The position numbers were made by a program, and so were the translations under genes. A DNA stretch of 64,000 nucleotides from the NCBI RefSeq assembly GCF_009914755.1, contig NC_060933.1; one strand, 5' to 3'. The notes under the pieces are model-generated. The model worked only from the letters and a program-made list of their open reading frames with translations, was not told the DNA's origin and made no database searches. The DNA is from the human T2T-CHM13v2.0 reference genome, Homo sapiens. Shown here piece by piece: positions 53,816 through 64,000 of the stretch (the stretch's first letter is position 1; each line of letters starts with the position of its first letter).

Positions 53816-56800
53816 CTGAAAGAAAATCCAGGCAGTGGGGACAAGAGTGACACCCCTGAGCCATGATGGACGGGGAAGGGACGGGAGTGAGGAGGGGCCC
53901 TGTGGGTGAGTGTCCCACTTGGGACAGGGCACCCTCAGCTCAGGCGGGAGCTGCTCCAGGCACTCCTGGGGCCACACGTGACTGTGCGCTCCCTCCCTCG
54001 GGGGCTCTGACCCCATCCAAGCCATCCCTCTGGTGGGCCTCCCACTCCCCCATGGGACAGCCATCACACCCGGGCAGGGCAGGAGGCTGTACATGGATGG
54101 GGCACAGAGGGCCTCTTCCCCTGGCTGGCCGGGGTCCTCCCCAACTCTTGGACATTGCTTCCTCCCACACTTCAGCCCAGGGACTTGCGAGACACAACCC
54201 TGGGGAGAGATGGAAGGCCCTCTGCCACACTCCCTACGACAGGCCCACAGGTCCAGCTGAGGCTGCCTGCTTCTGGTGGTTTCTCAGGGAGGCCAGCCTC
54301 CCAGCTGCTGCAAGTGGGCACCCTGGCACCAGGGGAGGAGGCCTCTCTGGGGGCCCCAGCTCCACATGCTTTCCAGGGTTCCAAACATGGTTTCACCTAC
54401 AGAGATTGGAAAACTCTCCCCAAGGACACTCAGAGAGGTGACAGCAGAGAGGGACCTTTGGGACCCCAGAAATCCAGAGACAAAACACAGCCACCACCCT
54501 CCACTGTGCCCATGGCCCACCCTGGGAGCACACGTGTGTGTGGCGTGTGCGGCTCAGAGCCGGGTCAGCGTCCATCCCAGAGCTTCTCGCTCAGACAAGG
54601 CCACCTGGCTGGGCAGCATCAGGATGGCCAGAGGCTCCTGCACGAGAATGAGGCCTCTCTTCTCCCCTTTTCCACACTGCCCCAAAGGGAGGCCACTTCT
54701 GCAGAATCTACACGCAACTGGGCAGGCCAGGAGCCAGCTTCCTCCTCCTAAGACACCCAGCAGCCAGCCTTCCTGCCCGCAACTTCCACCAGCCCCCACC
54801 CTACTGCTCCAGGCAGGCGAGGGCACCCCAGGGACCGCCGCCTGCCATGGGGAAGTGGGGCTGGGCGCCCACCCTACCTGAATGGGGCATGTGGCTGTCG
54901 TGCAGCCCGGCTGCCCGTCCCTGTCTGCAAGTTCCAGCTCGCTCAGGAGGTCTTCATCCTCACTCTCAGAGCCCACCCTCGAAGGTACTGAGAGGGTGGT
55001 GCGGACGCCTTGGGGGGCCAGGGTGGCCAGGAGCGCAGGGAGGGTGAAGGCTGCCAGGAACCGCGCCCGCAACAGGAGGTAGGCCGGGTTGTCCTGGAGC
55101 TGCCCCCGCACCAGCCCCAGTGAGGCTTGCAGTGCTCCGGCCGGCCGCTCAGCCTCGCCCCCCACCACCAGGGAGGTGGCCTTGTGCTCCAGGGCCTTCT
55201 TGTGGAGTAGGAGACCGGACAGAGCTCGCAGGCTGCACAGGGCTGGGGGCTGATAGGGCAGTCTGCTGCCCAGAAGAGGCACACGCACCCCCCGCTGGCC
55301 CCCCAGCCACTGCTGTGTGGCCGCCTCGCCCTCCTGGGACAGCAGGCCCAGGTCCAGGGCCCCCTTCTCAGGCCCAGGCTGGGGCAGGGGCGGCTTCTCC
55401 AGGTCCAGGGCCCCCTTCTCAGGCCCAGGCTGGCGCAGGGGCAGCTTCTCCAGGCCCAGAGGCCCCCTGGGCTCCTGTGTCCCTGAGGGGGACCCCGGCG
55501 TCCCCCTTGGCTCAGTTGCTGGGATGACACCACCGAAGGCTGGCAGCCTCCCGGACCAAGGGGGTTCTGCTTCAGGAGGGTCAGCGTGGGAGGACGTCCT
55601 GGGCTCAGGTATCTCCCTGGCCACCTGGGCCTCTCCAGGGACAAAGGCCACACTGCCATCCGCTTCTGCAGGACTTTGGGAGAGGGCGTGTGTGGGAGGA
55701 GCTGGGGTGTCTGTCCTGCAGGAAGGCTCCGGTTCCCTGTTCATATTGGCTGGGGGCTGCCAAGAGCTGCTCAACGCTGGGGCCCTGGGGCCCTGGGCCG
55801 CCCGAGTCTCAGTCAGGGGAGGCAGCAGAGTGGCCAGCAGCCCTGCGGGGCCAGGGGTCCCTGCTGGCCTGGGAAGGCTCACCACAGCTGGTACAGGAAC
55901 AGGGAGAAGCCCCTGGGCTGTGAGCACCCAGGTGACAGGCAGGGGGACACTGGTCGCCACATGTGGCCCTCCTATGTGCGTCAGGCTGAGGGGCTGGACG
56001 GGCAGTGGGGTGGGGCTGGGGGCTGCGGGGAGAAAGGGTGGCGCCTCAGGCAGGCCCTGCTTCCGGGATGCAGCGGGGGCCTGAGACTGTCCGAGACCAC
56101 TCTCGGGGCAGCTCACAGAGATCTGGCCGGGGCCCAGGGCAGGGGCTTGGGAAGCAGCAGGGGCTGTGCCTTCGGCCTCTGAGAAGACAGGAGCGAGGGG
56201 CAGGGCTTGCATGGTGGAGAGTCTCTTGTCCTTGGCTGAAGTCCCAGCCTCCTGCCAGGAGCCAGAAGTGCCAGGTTTGGCTGCCGCGGGGGCCCCAGGC
56301 CCAGAGAGCGGTACATTTAAGACGGTGGGACCCGGGGCTGGGCGGCCGTGTGGGGTGTGTGGTAGAGGGGGCTGGAGGATCACAGACGAGGAGACCAGCA
56401 GCTGGGACGGGAGCACCACCGGGCCCCGGGTGGCCTCCCTGGCACGGGCCTCCTGAAGCCGCTTCTCCTGAAGCAGCTCCGACACAGTCTTGGGCTTGGG
56501 CCGGGGGCCGGTTGAAGCCAGCAGGGACGCCTGGGGTAGGGTGCGCTCCACCCGGCTGGACGCCAGTCTTCGGCTCCCTTTGTGGCTGGCACTCTTTGAG
56601 GCTTCTTGAGCCGGCACGTTTGGGAAGAGGTGGCCTGTGGGGAGGAAAGACCCACACTTGATAAGCCCCAGGAATCTGGCCCAGGGACAGCCCCTCGCTG
56701 CCATCCCCTCATCAGGAGGGACCATGTGGGGAGCCTGGGGTCTTGAGCCAAGAGAGGGTCAAGCGGCACATCCTGGGTCTCCCAAGTCACAGTGGCTACC

Positions 56801-59800
56801 CCAGATGGCAATGCTCCGGCCAAAGCCAGGGCAGTGGGCACTCTGGGAAACCCAGCCCATTTAATGCTGGCTGAGATCAGCCGGCAGCTCAGCTTGCCGG
56901 TGTTGGGCATGGGCGGACGCTCGCTCCAGACGACCCCTGCCTCTGGGCCCCATGCTGGGGAAGCCTTAGGGCTGCAAGGGGAGCCCAGGGAGCTCCAAGC
57001 TGGCCCAGCCGGACTCTCATCCCTGTGGTGGGACTCGAGGGAGCTCTGTCACCAGGGGCCACAGGCTGTGCTGCTTGGGGGCTGTGGGTGAAAGCCAGGG
57101 CCAGGTTAGGCCTCTTCCCCGCCAGGGCCAGGTTAGGTCTCTTCCCCACCAGGGCAGAGAAGCAGAGTTACCTGGGGTGCTCTGGGCACTTGAGGATGCC
57201 TGGAAATGAAAGAGAGGAGAGTCAGCAGCTCAGGTGTCCTCTGCTGGCTTGGACCACCTCTCCTAGCATCTGGACTATCCCCTGCCACTCCCTGAAATGG
57301 GACGAGGCCCCAAGGGCTGGTGCTGGCCTCCCACACGCCTCTGTAGGAACTCCGGGGCCACAGAAGGAGCCAAGCATGTGGCCCGATCCCATGTCCAGTG
57401 GCTACGGCACAGAGCCACCCAGAGTGGGCAGCGGTGCTGGAGACACGCTCTGCACCGGAGGCTCCTGAACCGCAGGCTGCTGCTGGCTGTGACCCCTTGG
57501 GTAGGGGACGTTGTCGTGCCCTGCACAGCAGGCAAAGGCCTGGCCTTGTTCCCCCTGCCAGTGCAGCTCCTCCTAAGGGTGCCCTCAAGAGCTCTTCTGG
57601 GGGGTTGGGGGCAGGGTGGGGTCTGCAGGGAGAGGCGGGGGGGCTGGAAGCACAGAGGCCCAGGGGTACCCCACTGCTGTTCCTGCTCCTCCAATGAGTG
57701 ACACTGCTTTGTCACCCCACCCCCAGGTGACGGGGCTCAAGGGTGAGGAGGCCTCGCTGAACTTCTGTGAGTTTGGTTTCTGGAGCAGAAAGGCAAGAAC
57801 CAGGCATCCCCGGCAGACAGCGCCCATGTCCATGACCGCCCAGCGGGGCTATGGGGGAAAACAGGCACGTGGGCCCCAGTGTCAGCCCCGACCTGCACCT
57901 GCCTGACTTCCCCAAGGCCTCTCAAGGCTGCGTCCCCTCAGGTGGGAAGTGCAGATGCCTCCCTGAGGGGCTGCGGTGGAGCGGGTGGGGCGGGCAGCCA
58001 GCCTCCGTGGAAACCCACTCCAACGCCGGGGCGGGCAGTGGCCATCCTCACTTCTCACCCCAAGTGCCTGCTACCTGCAGAAGATGCACTGGTGGGTCCC
58101 GAGCACCAGCCTGGGGCAGCCTGGGTGGCAGGGCCTTCCTCTCTCGGACGACCTCCAAGCAGCCGGCAGTATCGATCTGGAACAGCTGCGGGACACAGGA
58201 GGCAACCTAACCATAGCTGCTTTCGGGAGCAGCTCCGAAGCTCCAGAGGCCTAGGCAGAACCTGGGGCAGCCCTGAGGCTGGGGCGGCTACCTTGAGACC
58301 TCAGCCTTCCTGCCCTTCTGATGCAGATGCAGGGGAGGCCATGAGGCTGTGGACATCCAGGATGGCCTCCCATGAGACCCAGGCCTGCTCTCCTCCCCCG
58401 GCATCTTCCACTCATACTGGGGCCCCGGGGACCCCCTTCCCCGGACACTGTTTAGCCCGATGGGGGCAGTGCACACTGTAGCCGGCACCCCTTCCACATT
58501 CACTTGCTAACAGTGTAAGGCATGAAAAGTGCATTTTCAAGGCTAGAAAACTTTAGATAGCTAGACTTTAAGGAATGAATCTACTGCAGATTTCAAAACT
58601 TCACCAAAAACTTTTTACAAGGCAAAGGAAAACGAAGCTCTGCCCAAGTAGCTTACCTGGGTAAACAGGGTAAACACAGGGGTGCTGGCCAGGCGGGCCT
58701 GCTGCAGCTGCTCCCTGAGGCCATCCGCTGCGGGCACAGGGGGATAAGTGGAAAGCAGCCCCAGCTCCCATGGGCACAGGGGGATGGGTGGAAAGCAGCC
58801 CCAGCTCCCACGTGCCTTTCGAGGCGGCTCTGGGAGCCAGGCCAGGGTGGGAGGGGAGGCCTTGGAACCAGCACCCCACAGCCACGCCTGGACAAGGGTG
58901 GGCCCTGTGAGCCCTGTCACCACCAAGCTGCCACATGCTTGGCCCAGGAAGAGTGGTGGGGTAGGGAGGGAGGGCTGGCTGTGACTGGGTGTCCTGGAAA
59001 CCTTCAGGGACGGGAAGCTGACCAGAGGTGGCGCCCACCCCAAAAAGACTCCCCTGCTGAGGCCACTTCCCCAAGTAGCCACCGTCTGCTAGGCTGGATG
59101 TACTCTTCATCCTCACCCCTCGCCCCCAGGATGCTCCCAGAGGAGCCCCAGGCCATACCTTGAGTCTGCACTATGGCGGGTCTCTGGGAAGCCTGTGTGC
59201 AGGGCACGACAACGTCCCCTACCCAAGGGGTCACAGCCAGCAGCAGCCTGCGGTTCAGGAGCCTCCGGTGCAGAGCGTGTCTCCAGCGCCGCTGCCCACT
59301 CTGGGTGGCTCTGTGCCGTAGCCACTGCACATGGGATCGGGCCACGCTGTCACCAGAGCTGACCCCTGGGGATGAGGTGGGCAGGGGTGGCTGCCTCAGC
59401 TGCTCTTTCTGTAAGGAGAAGGCAGCACCTGGGGCCCATGGCCAGGCTCGGCCCCCGGAGTGGACCCTGCCCAGTGGCCAGTGCTGCCCTCCACCCCCAT
59501 CAGGGCATGATCGACGGGGAGAGGAATCACTCAGACCAGGGCGGGGCACGTGGTGGCGTGCGTGTGGGTGTCTGCAGCAGGCCTCACCTGTGTGCAGCTC
59601 CGAGCAGCCGTGTTGGCCCTGAGCACCCTCAGCACGGTCTCCACAGGCACTGTCAGCAGACGCCTCCCACCCTGATGAGAAAGCTGCCTGAGGCGAGGCA
59701 CGCGGGGTGTACGGGACACATGGGGGCCCTCCCCTCGCTGCCCACACACGACTGCCTCTTCACCCAGGCTCCAAAGCGTGGCTGTGTACAGCTCTGCTCT

Positions 59801-61367
59801 GCCTCATGGGAACGTCCACCATGGGAAGCGTGGGTTCCCCAGGCAGGGCCTCCCAGCTAGGCCTGGCTCCTGGGACATTAACAGGGTCCCATGCCCCCCA
59901 GCCAGTTCCTCAGGCTGACAGCAGCAGCCCTTCCAGGTGACACCCCGGCCTAGGGAGATGCTGGCTGTGCAGCAGCGAGCCCCATGCACCTAGCTCTGCC
60001 AGTAGCTTCAGTGTCCACTGTCCCTGCCAATGACTCCCAGGACAGACCAGCCTGTTCAACTCTGACTGCTCCCACAGACATGGCCAGAGATGGGCCTGAC
60101 ACGGTGAAGACCAGCCAAGACGAGCAGACACACCACAAGCCAGGCTTGTCCCAAGCAGGTGGACAGGCCCTTCCCAGGGAGGGCCTCCAGGTGCACAGGC
60201 TCACGAGGAGGGAGGAGGGGCTCCTCCCACTGCTGCCTCTGCCCTCCCCAACCCTGGCTTGGGGGTGAAATGTTTCAGAAATGCCTCCAGGTCCAAGTGC
60301 CCATTCAGCCATACCCCTGAAACAGTCAACAAGCCAGGAAAAATGGAGGCTTCCCCAACAGTCCCCCCGACGCACAGCTGTCCAGAGCTCAGCCAGAAGT
60401 AGCACGTTCTGATGCACACGAACCCTGGGGCCCCTGCTGCTGCACTATCCCCAAGCGTCAGCCCTGGCGAGCGAGTGCCGAAAGTGCACTTCCCGTGGTA
60501 CACCCAGGGCCGGGGCCTACCTCCAGGGCCTGCTTCTCTGCGCCCGCCGGGCGAGTGTCTGCTGAGTGGGAGGCCTGGGCAGACCTCGGGACAGGGCCGT
60601 GGGCCCTGGCAGGGACCTGCACCGGACTCGTCTCCTCTCCAGGAGCCGCGGCTGTGGTGGAAGCTTCCTTGCTGCCGCCCTGGCTGGCACTGGACCCCTT
60701 GGGAGGGCTGAGGGAGGCAGCGGGGCCTCCCAGCCAGGCCCCTGCCCCTCCTCTCCATGGCTGGCTGGTGCTCTGCCTGGCAGGAACCCACAGGTCCATG
60801 TCCGGGACCATGTACTGTGGGGACAGCAGCGCTCTGTCACCCTCCCCGGCCTGCGCCTGCTCTGGCTCGTCCTCCTCGCTGCTGCTGCTGCTGCTGCTGC
60901 TGCTCCCTCCACTGCTGCCACTGCTGCTGCCGCTGCTGCTGGTAGAGCTCCACCGGACGCTGTGACGGGCCCTCCGCCGCCGCCTCCGGAGACCCTGCTT
61001 CTTCTGAGGGGAGGAAAGAGCTACTTAGAGGCCTTGGCAAGCCCGGTTCACCCATGATGGCAGCAAGCAGGCCAGCCCTTTGGGGAGAGGCCCAAGCGGG
61101 GGCGCCTCCGGGGTCAAGAGCAGCCGCTGCCGAGGCAGGGTCTCCCTTTGCCCTTGGCCACCCAGAAGAAGAAATGCCAAGACCAGAAACCGAACGCCCC
61201 CCTCCCCTCCCCTCCTCCTGCCTGCTGGACCCCCCAGTTGACCAGGCCATTGTCTGGTTTCAGATAAAGAAGGAGCGAGTGGCTCACCCCCATCATGATC
61301 TTCCACTTGCTCAGACACTGGGAGCCAGACCGATGGGGCAGCTCAGAAGCTATTTTTGCCCAGTGAC
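53690..61367 (-). CDS. SNAPC4: snRNA-activating protein complex subunit 4 (SNAP190), 3' part: 9 coding exons, 2990 nt; 5' part lies beyond the window
   Basis: End of a Myb repeat (HWAKIASELPHRSGSQCLSKW), Arg-rich and Ser-rich tracts, long Pro-rich exon, C terminus RHTRKRRRLV*; phases consistent. Confidence 0.95.
54878..56634 (-). CDS. SNAPC4: SNAPC4 large exon (1757 nt)
   Basis: Core of ORF 54554..56725: HLFPNVPAQEASK...PKPKTVSELLQEKR...NPAYLLLRARFLAAF...TCPIQ. Confidence 0.95.
55348..55454 (-). repeat. SNAPC4: 51-bp in-frame tandem duplication within the SNAPC4 CDS
   Basis: EKLPLRQPGPEKGALDL / EKPPLPQPGPEKGALDL. Confidence 0.93.
57172..57199 (-). CDS. SNAPC4: SNAPC4 28-nt micro-exon
   Basis: ASSSAQSTP; strong pyrimidine tract and G|GTAACT donor; needed to bridge phase 0 to phase 1. 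Confidence 0.88.
57378..57527 (+). repeat. Inverted duplicate of SNAPC4 exon segment 59196-59345
   Basis: Hand alignment: 148/150 nt identical to the reverse complement of 59196-59345. Confidence 0.95.
58075..58185 (-). CDS. SNAPC4: SNAPC4 exon
   Basis: LFQIDTAGCLEVVRERKALPP...VHLLQ. Confidence 0.92.
58657..58727 (-). CDS. SNAPC4: SNAPC4 exon
   Basis: DGLREQLQQARLASTPVFTLFTQ; donor |GTAAGC. Confidence 0.92.
59159..59408 (-). CDS. SNAPC4: SNAPC4 exon (source of the inverted duplicate)
   Basis: KEQLRQPPLPTSS...RLLNRRLLLAVTPWVGDVVVPCTQ...VQTQ. Confidence 0.93.
59588..59671 (-). CDS. SNAPC4: SNAPC4 exon
   Basis: GGRRLLTVPVETVLRVLRANTAARSCTQ. Confidence 0.92.
60521..61003 (-). CDS. SNAPC4: SNAPC4 exon (Arg-rich and poly-Ser region)
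   Basis: KKQGLRRRRRRARHSVRWSSTSSSGSS...EKQALE. Confidence 0.93.
60878..60940 (-). repeat. SNAPC4: (AGC)9 plus degenerate AGC tract encoding poly-Ser
   Basis: (GCT)9 at 60878-60904 on +. Confidence 0.93.
61288..61367 (-). CDS. SNAPC4: SNAPC4 exon (end of Myb repeat)
   Basis: HWAKIASELPHRSGSQCLSKWKIMMG. Confidence 0.93.
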
Positions 61368-61833
61368 CTGCAAAAGCCAAACCCCATGGAAATGCCTTCA
61401 TCCAAAGATTCTTCCCCAGGACAGGCTTGCTGTTCCCCAGGAGACTCGCCGTGGCCCCATCAGAGTGGAGCCTCCTGTGCACTCTCACGCTGGGGGGTCA
61501 AGCATGTTGGGTGCCTACAATTTGGCAGCATCTGATTCTCATTGGATGCTCAGCCCCTTAGGAAAGTTCTGCCAAACATGTAACTGAGAAGGAAAAATCG
61601 TCCTAAGCGCACACCACGGCCCTCACATATCTGCTCCCCCCAGGCTTCCGCACCAGCCACCTCCCACGATTCCCGCTCTTCACAGTGTGGGGCAGCAGGA
61701 GGAGCACGGGTGCTGCTCTCACAGGGCAGAGCCACAGTATCTGGTGTGTCCTTGAACGTGGCAATACCACAGCTAGGATTTACTCTAAGGGGACATTGCA
61801 AATATAAGCAAAGACTTCGCTACAGAACACTCA

Positions 61834-61998
<165 letters not shown>

Positions 61999-62214
61999 CT
62001 AAGAAACAAAAAACAAAAAAAAGAAACTAGAAGAACAAACTGTCAGCAACTTACCAACACCATATTTTTCTATTAATTCAATTAACTGTTCCTCTTCTTT
62101 TAAATTCCACCGACCCTTTTTCAAGCTGAAATGTAATCTCCTGAGATACCTGAACGTGACATGAAAAGCAAAGAACGTTTTAGATGCCGAGACGCCGCCC
62201 GCTGCTGCCCCAAG

Positions 62215-62820
62215 CTTCTTTAATGGTTTCTTGGATATGACACTAAAGGCGCAAGCAACAAAAGAAAACTACAGATAAAGTAGACTTCATCAAAAGCTAA
62301 AGCTTTTGTGTCCCAAAGGACACCATCAAAAAAGTAGAAAGTGTACAGGCTGGGAGAGAACGTTTGCAAGTCACGTGTCCGATAAAGGACTTATATCTGA
62401 AACATATGAAGAACTCTTACAAGTCAGTCATAACTAGACAAGTAATGTCAAAAATGGGCAAAGGACTTCAACAGACACTTCTCTAAAAACCTATTTCTAT
62501 GAACAGTCACCAACCACATGAAAAGAGGCTCCACATCAGCCACAGGGAAGCGCACGTCAAAACCACAAGACACCACTTCACACCCGCTAAGATGGCTAGA
62601 ATCACAGACAGATCACAAGTGCTGGTGAGAGTGTGGAAAACCGGAGCCCTCATACATTGCTAGTGGGAATACGAAATGGTTCAACCTCTTTGGGAAACAG
62701 TCTGGCCATTCCTCAAAAGGTTAAACACAGCGTTACCCGGACCGAGCAATTTCACTCGCAGGATATAGCTGAGAGAAATAAACAGGTATCTATGTAAAAA
62801 AGTGCAAGCAAATGTTCAGA
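62215..62820 (+). mobile_element. Old L1 (L1M) ORF2 3' fragment
   Basis: 'gacttcatcaaaa..aaaatgggcaaaggacttcaacagacacttctc..cattgctagtggga..cattcctcaaaagg'. Confidence 0.85.
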
Positions 62821-62899
62821 ATGTTTTCAGGGTTCATCCATGTTGTATCAGAATTTACAGAAACGCGGTATTTATATGAGAATCCCACTCCCCCCCTTT

Positions 62900-63187
<288 letters not shown>

Positions 63188-63189
63188 AC

Positions 63190-63665
63190 CCCTTTTTAAG
63201 GCCGAATAATATTCCCTTGTATGAAAATTTTATTTTCCACTCATCTGCTGATGAATGCTTGGGCTGCTTCCGGCCTTTCACTCTTGTGAATGATGCTGCT
63301 GTGGACATTGTTGTATCTGAGCTCCTACTTTCGATTCTTTTGGGTTTTATGCTTATCAATCTTGGGGGTATAATTCTATGTTTAACTCGCTGACGAACTG
63401 CCATGCTTTCCAAAGAGGCTGGACCATTTTACAACGCACAAAGGTTTCAATTTCTCGACATCCTTGCCAACACGGTGACTTTTTTTTTTTTTTTAATTAA
63501 CAGCCATCCCAATGCGTGTGTGGTTTTGACTTGCACTTCCCTAATGACTCATGGCGCCAGGCATCTCTTCATGTGCTCACTGGCCATCTGTGCATCTTCT
63601 TTGGAGAGACGGCCACTCAAGTTCTTTGCCCGCGATTAGATTGGGTTGTTTTTGTCGTTGAATGG
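63190..63665 (-). mobile_element. Old L1 fragment, opposite orientation to 62215-62820
   Basis: 'aatattccc..gtgaatgatgctgct..tggttttgacttgcacttccctaatga..ttcatgtgctcactggccat'. Confidence 0.8.
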
Positions 63666-63732
63666 CTTTTTCGGGTGATGAAATGTTTTACAATTGATTG
63701 TGGTGATGGCTGCACAGCTCAATGAATACTAA

Positions 63733-64000
<268 letters not shown>

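Noticed and set aside
54554-56725. 723-aa single-exon protein
   Set aside because: It is the large SNAPC4 exon (54878-56634) with intronic flanks read through.
57297-57701. Plus-strand ORF containing a SNAPC4-like peptide as a separate gene or processed pseudogene
   Set aside because: Similarity is limited to the 150-nt inverted duplicate; it has no joined exons, no poly(A) tail and no credible ATG or splice context.
60837-61250. Poly-Gln protein ORF
   Set aside because: Alternative frame of the SNAPC4 poly-Ser tract, starting in an intron.

Overview
Human genomic DNA, GC-rich, recognisable from its proteins as the 9q34.3 locus. It holds the complete GPSM1/AGS3 gene on + (14 coding exons, 675 aa, N-terminal TPRs and 4 GoLoco motifs). 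Three genes lie in tandem on -: the 3' part of SNAPC4 (9 coding exons plus a non-coding last exon), complete CARD9 (536 aa) and complete DNLZ (178 aa). I rebuilt all exon chains by hand from GT-AG sites and phase; the three complete CDSs sum to whole-codon lengths. The rest is CpG islands, G-rich minisatellites and Alu/L1/MaLR/MIR remnants, and most ORF-track entries are GC-rich noise. There is no prokaryotic-type system or CRISPR array. Most unusual observations: (1) a 148/150-identical inverted copy of a SNAPC4 coding-exon core in a downstream intron of the same gene, predicting a long exon:intron dsRNA; (2) a minisatellite repeating the GPSM1 exon-2 splice donor nine times behind an in-frame stop; (3) a phase-compatible, protein-like alternative first coding exon of GPSM1; (4) opposed poly(A) signals at the GPSM1/DNLZ ends and a strong out-of-frame upstream ATG in DNLZ. 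rsIDs and isoform facts are recalled, not looked up.
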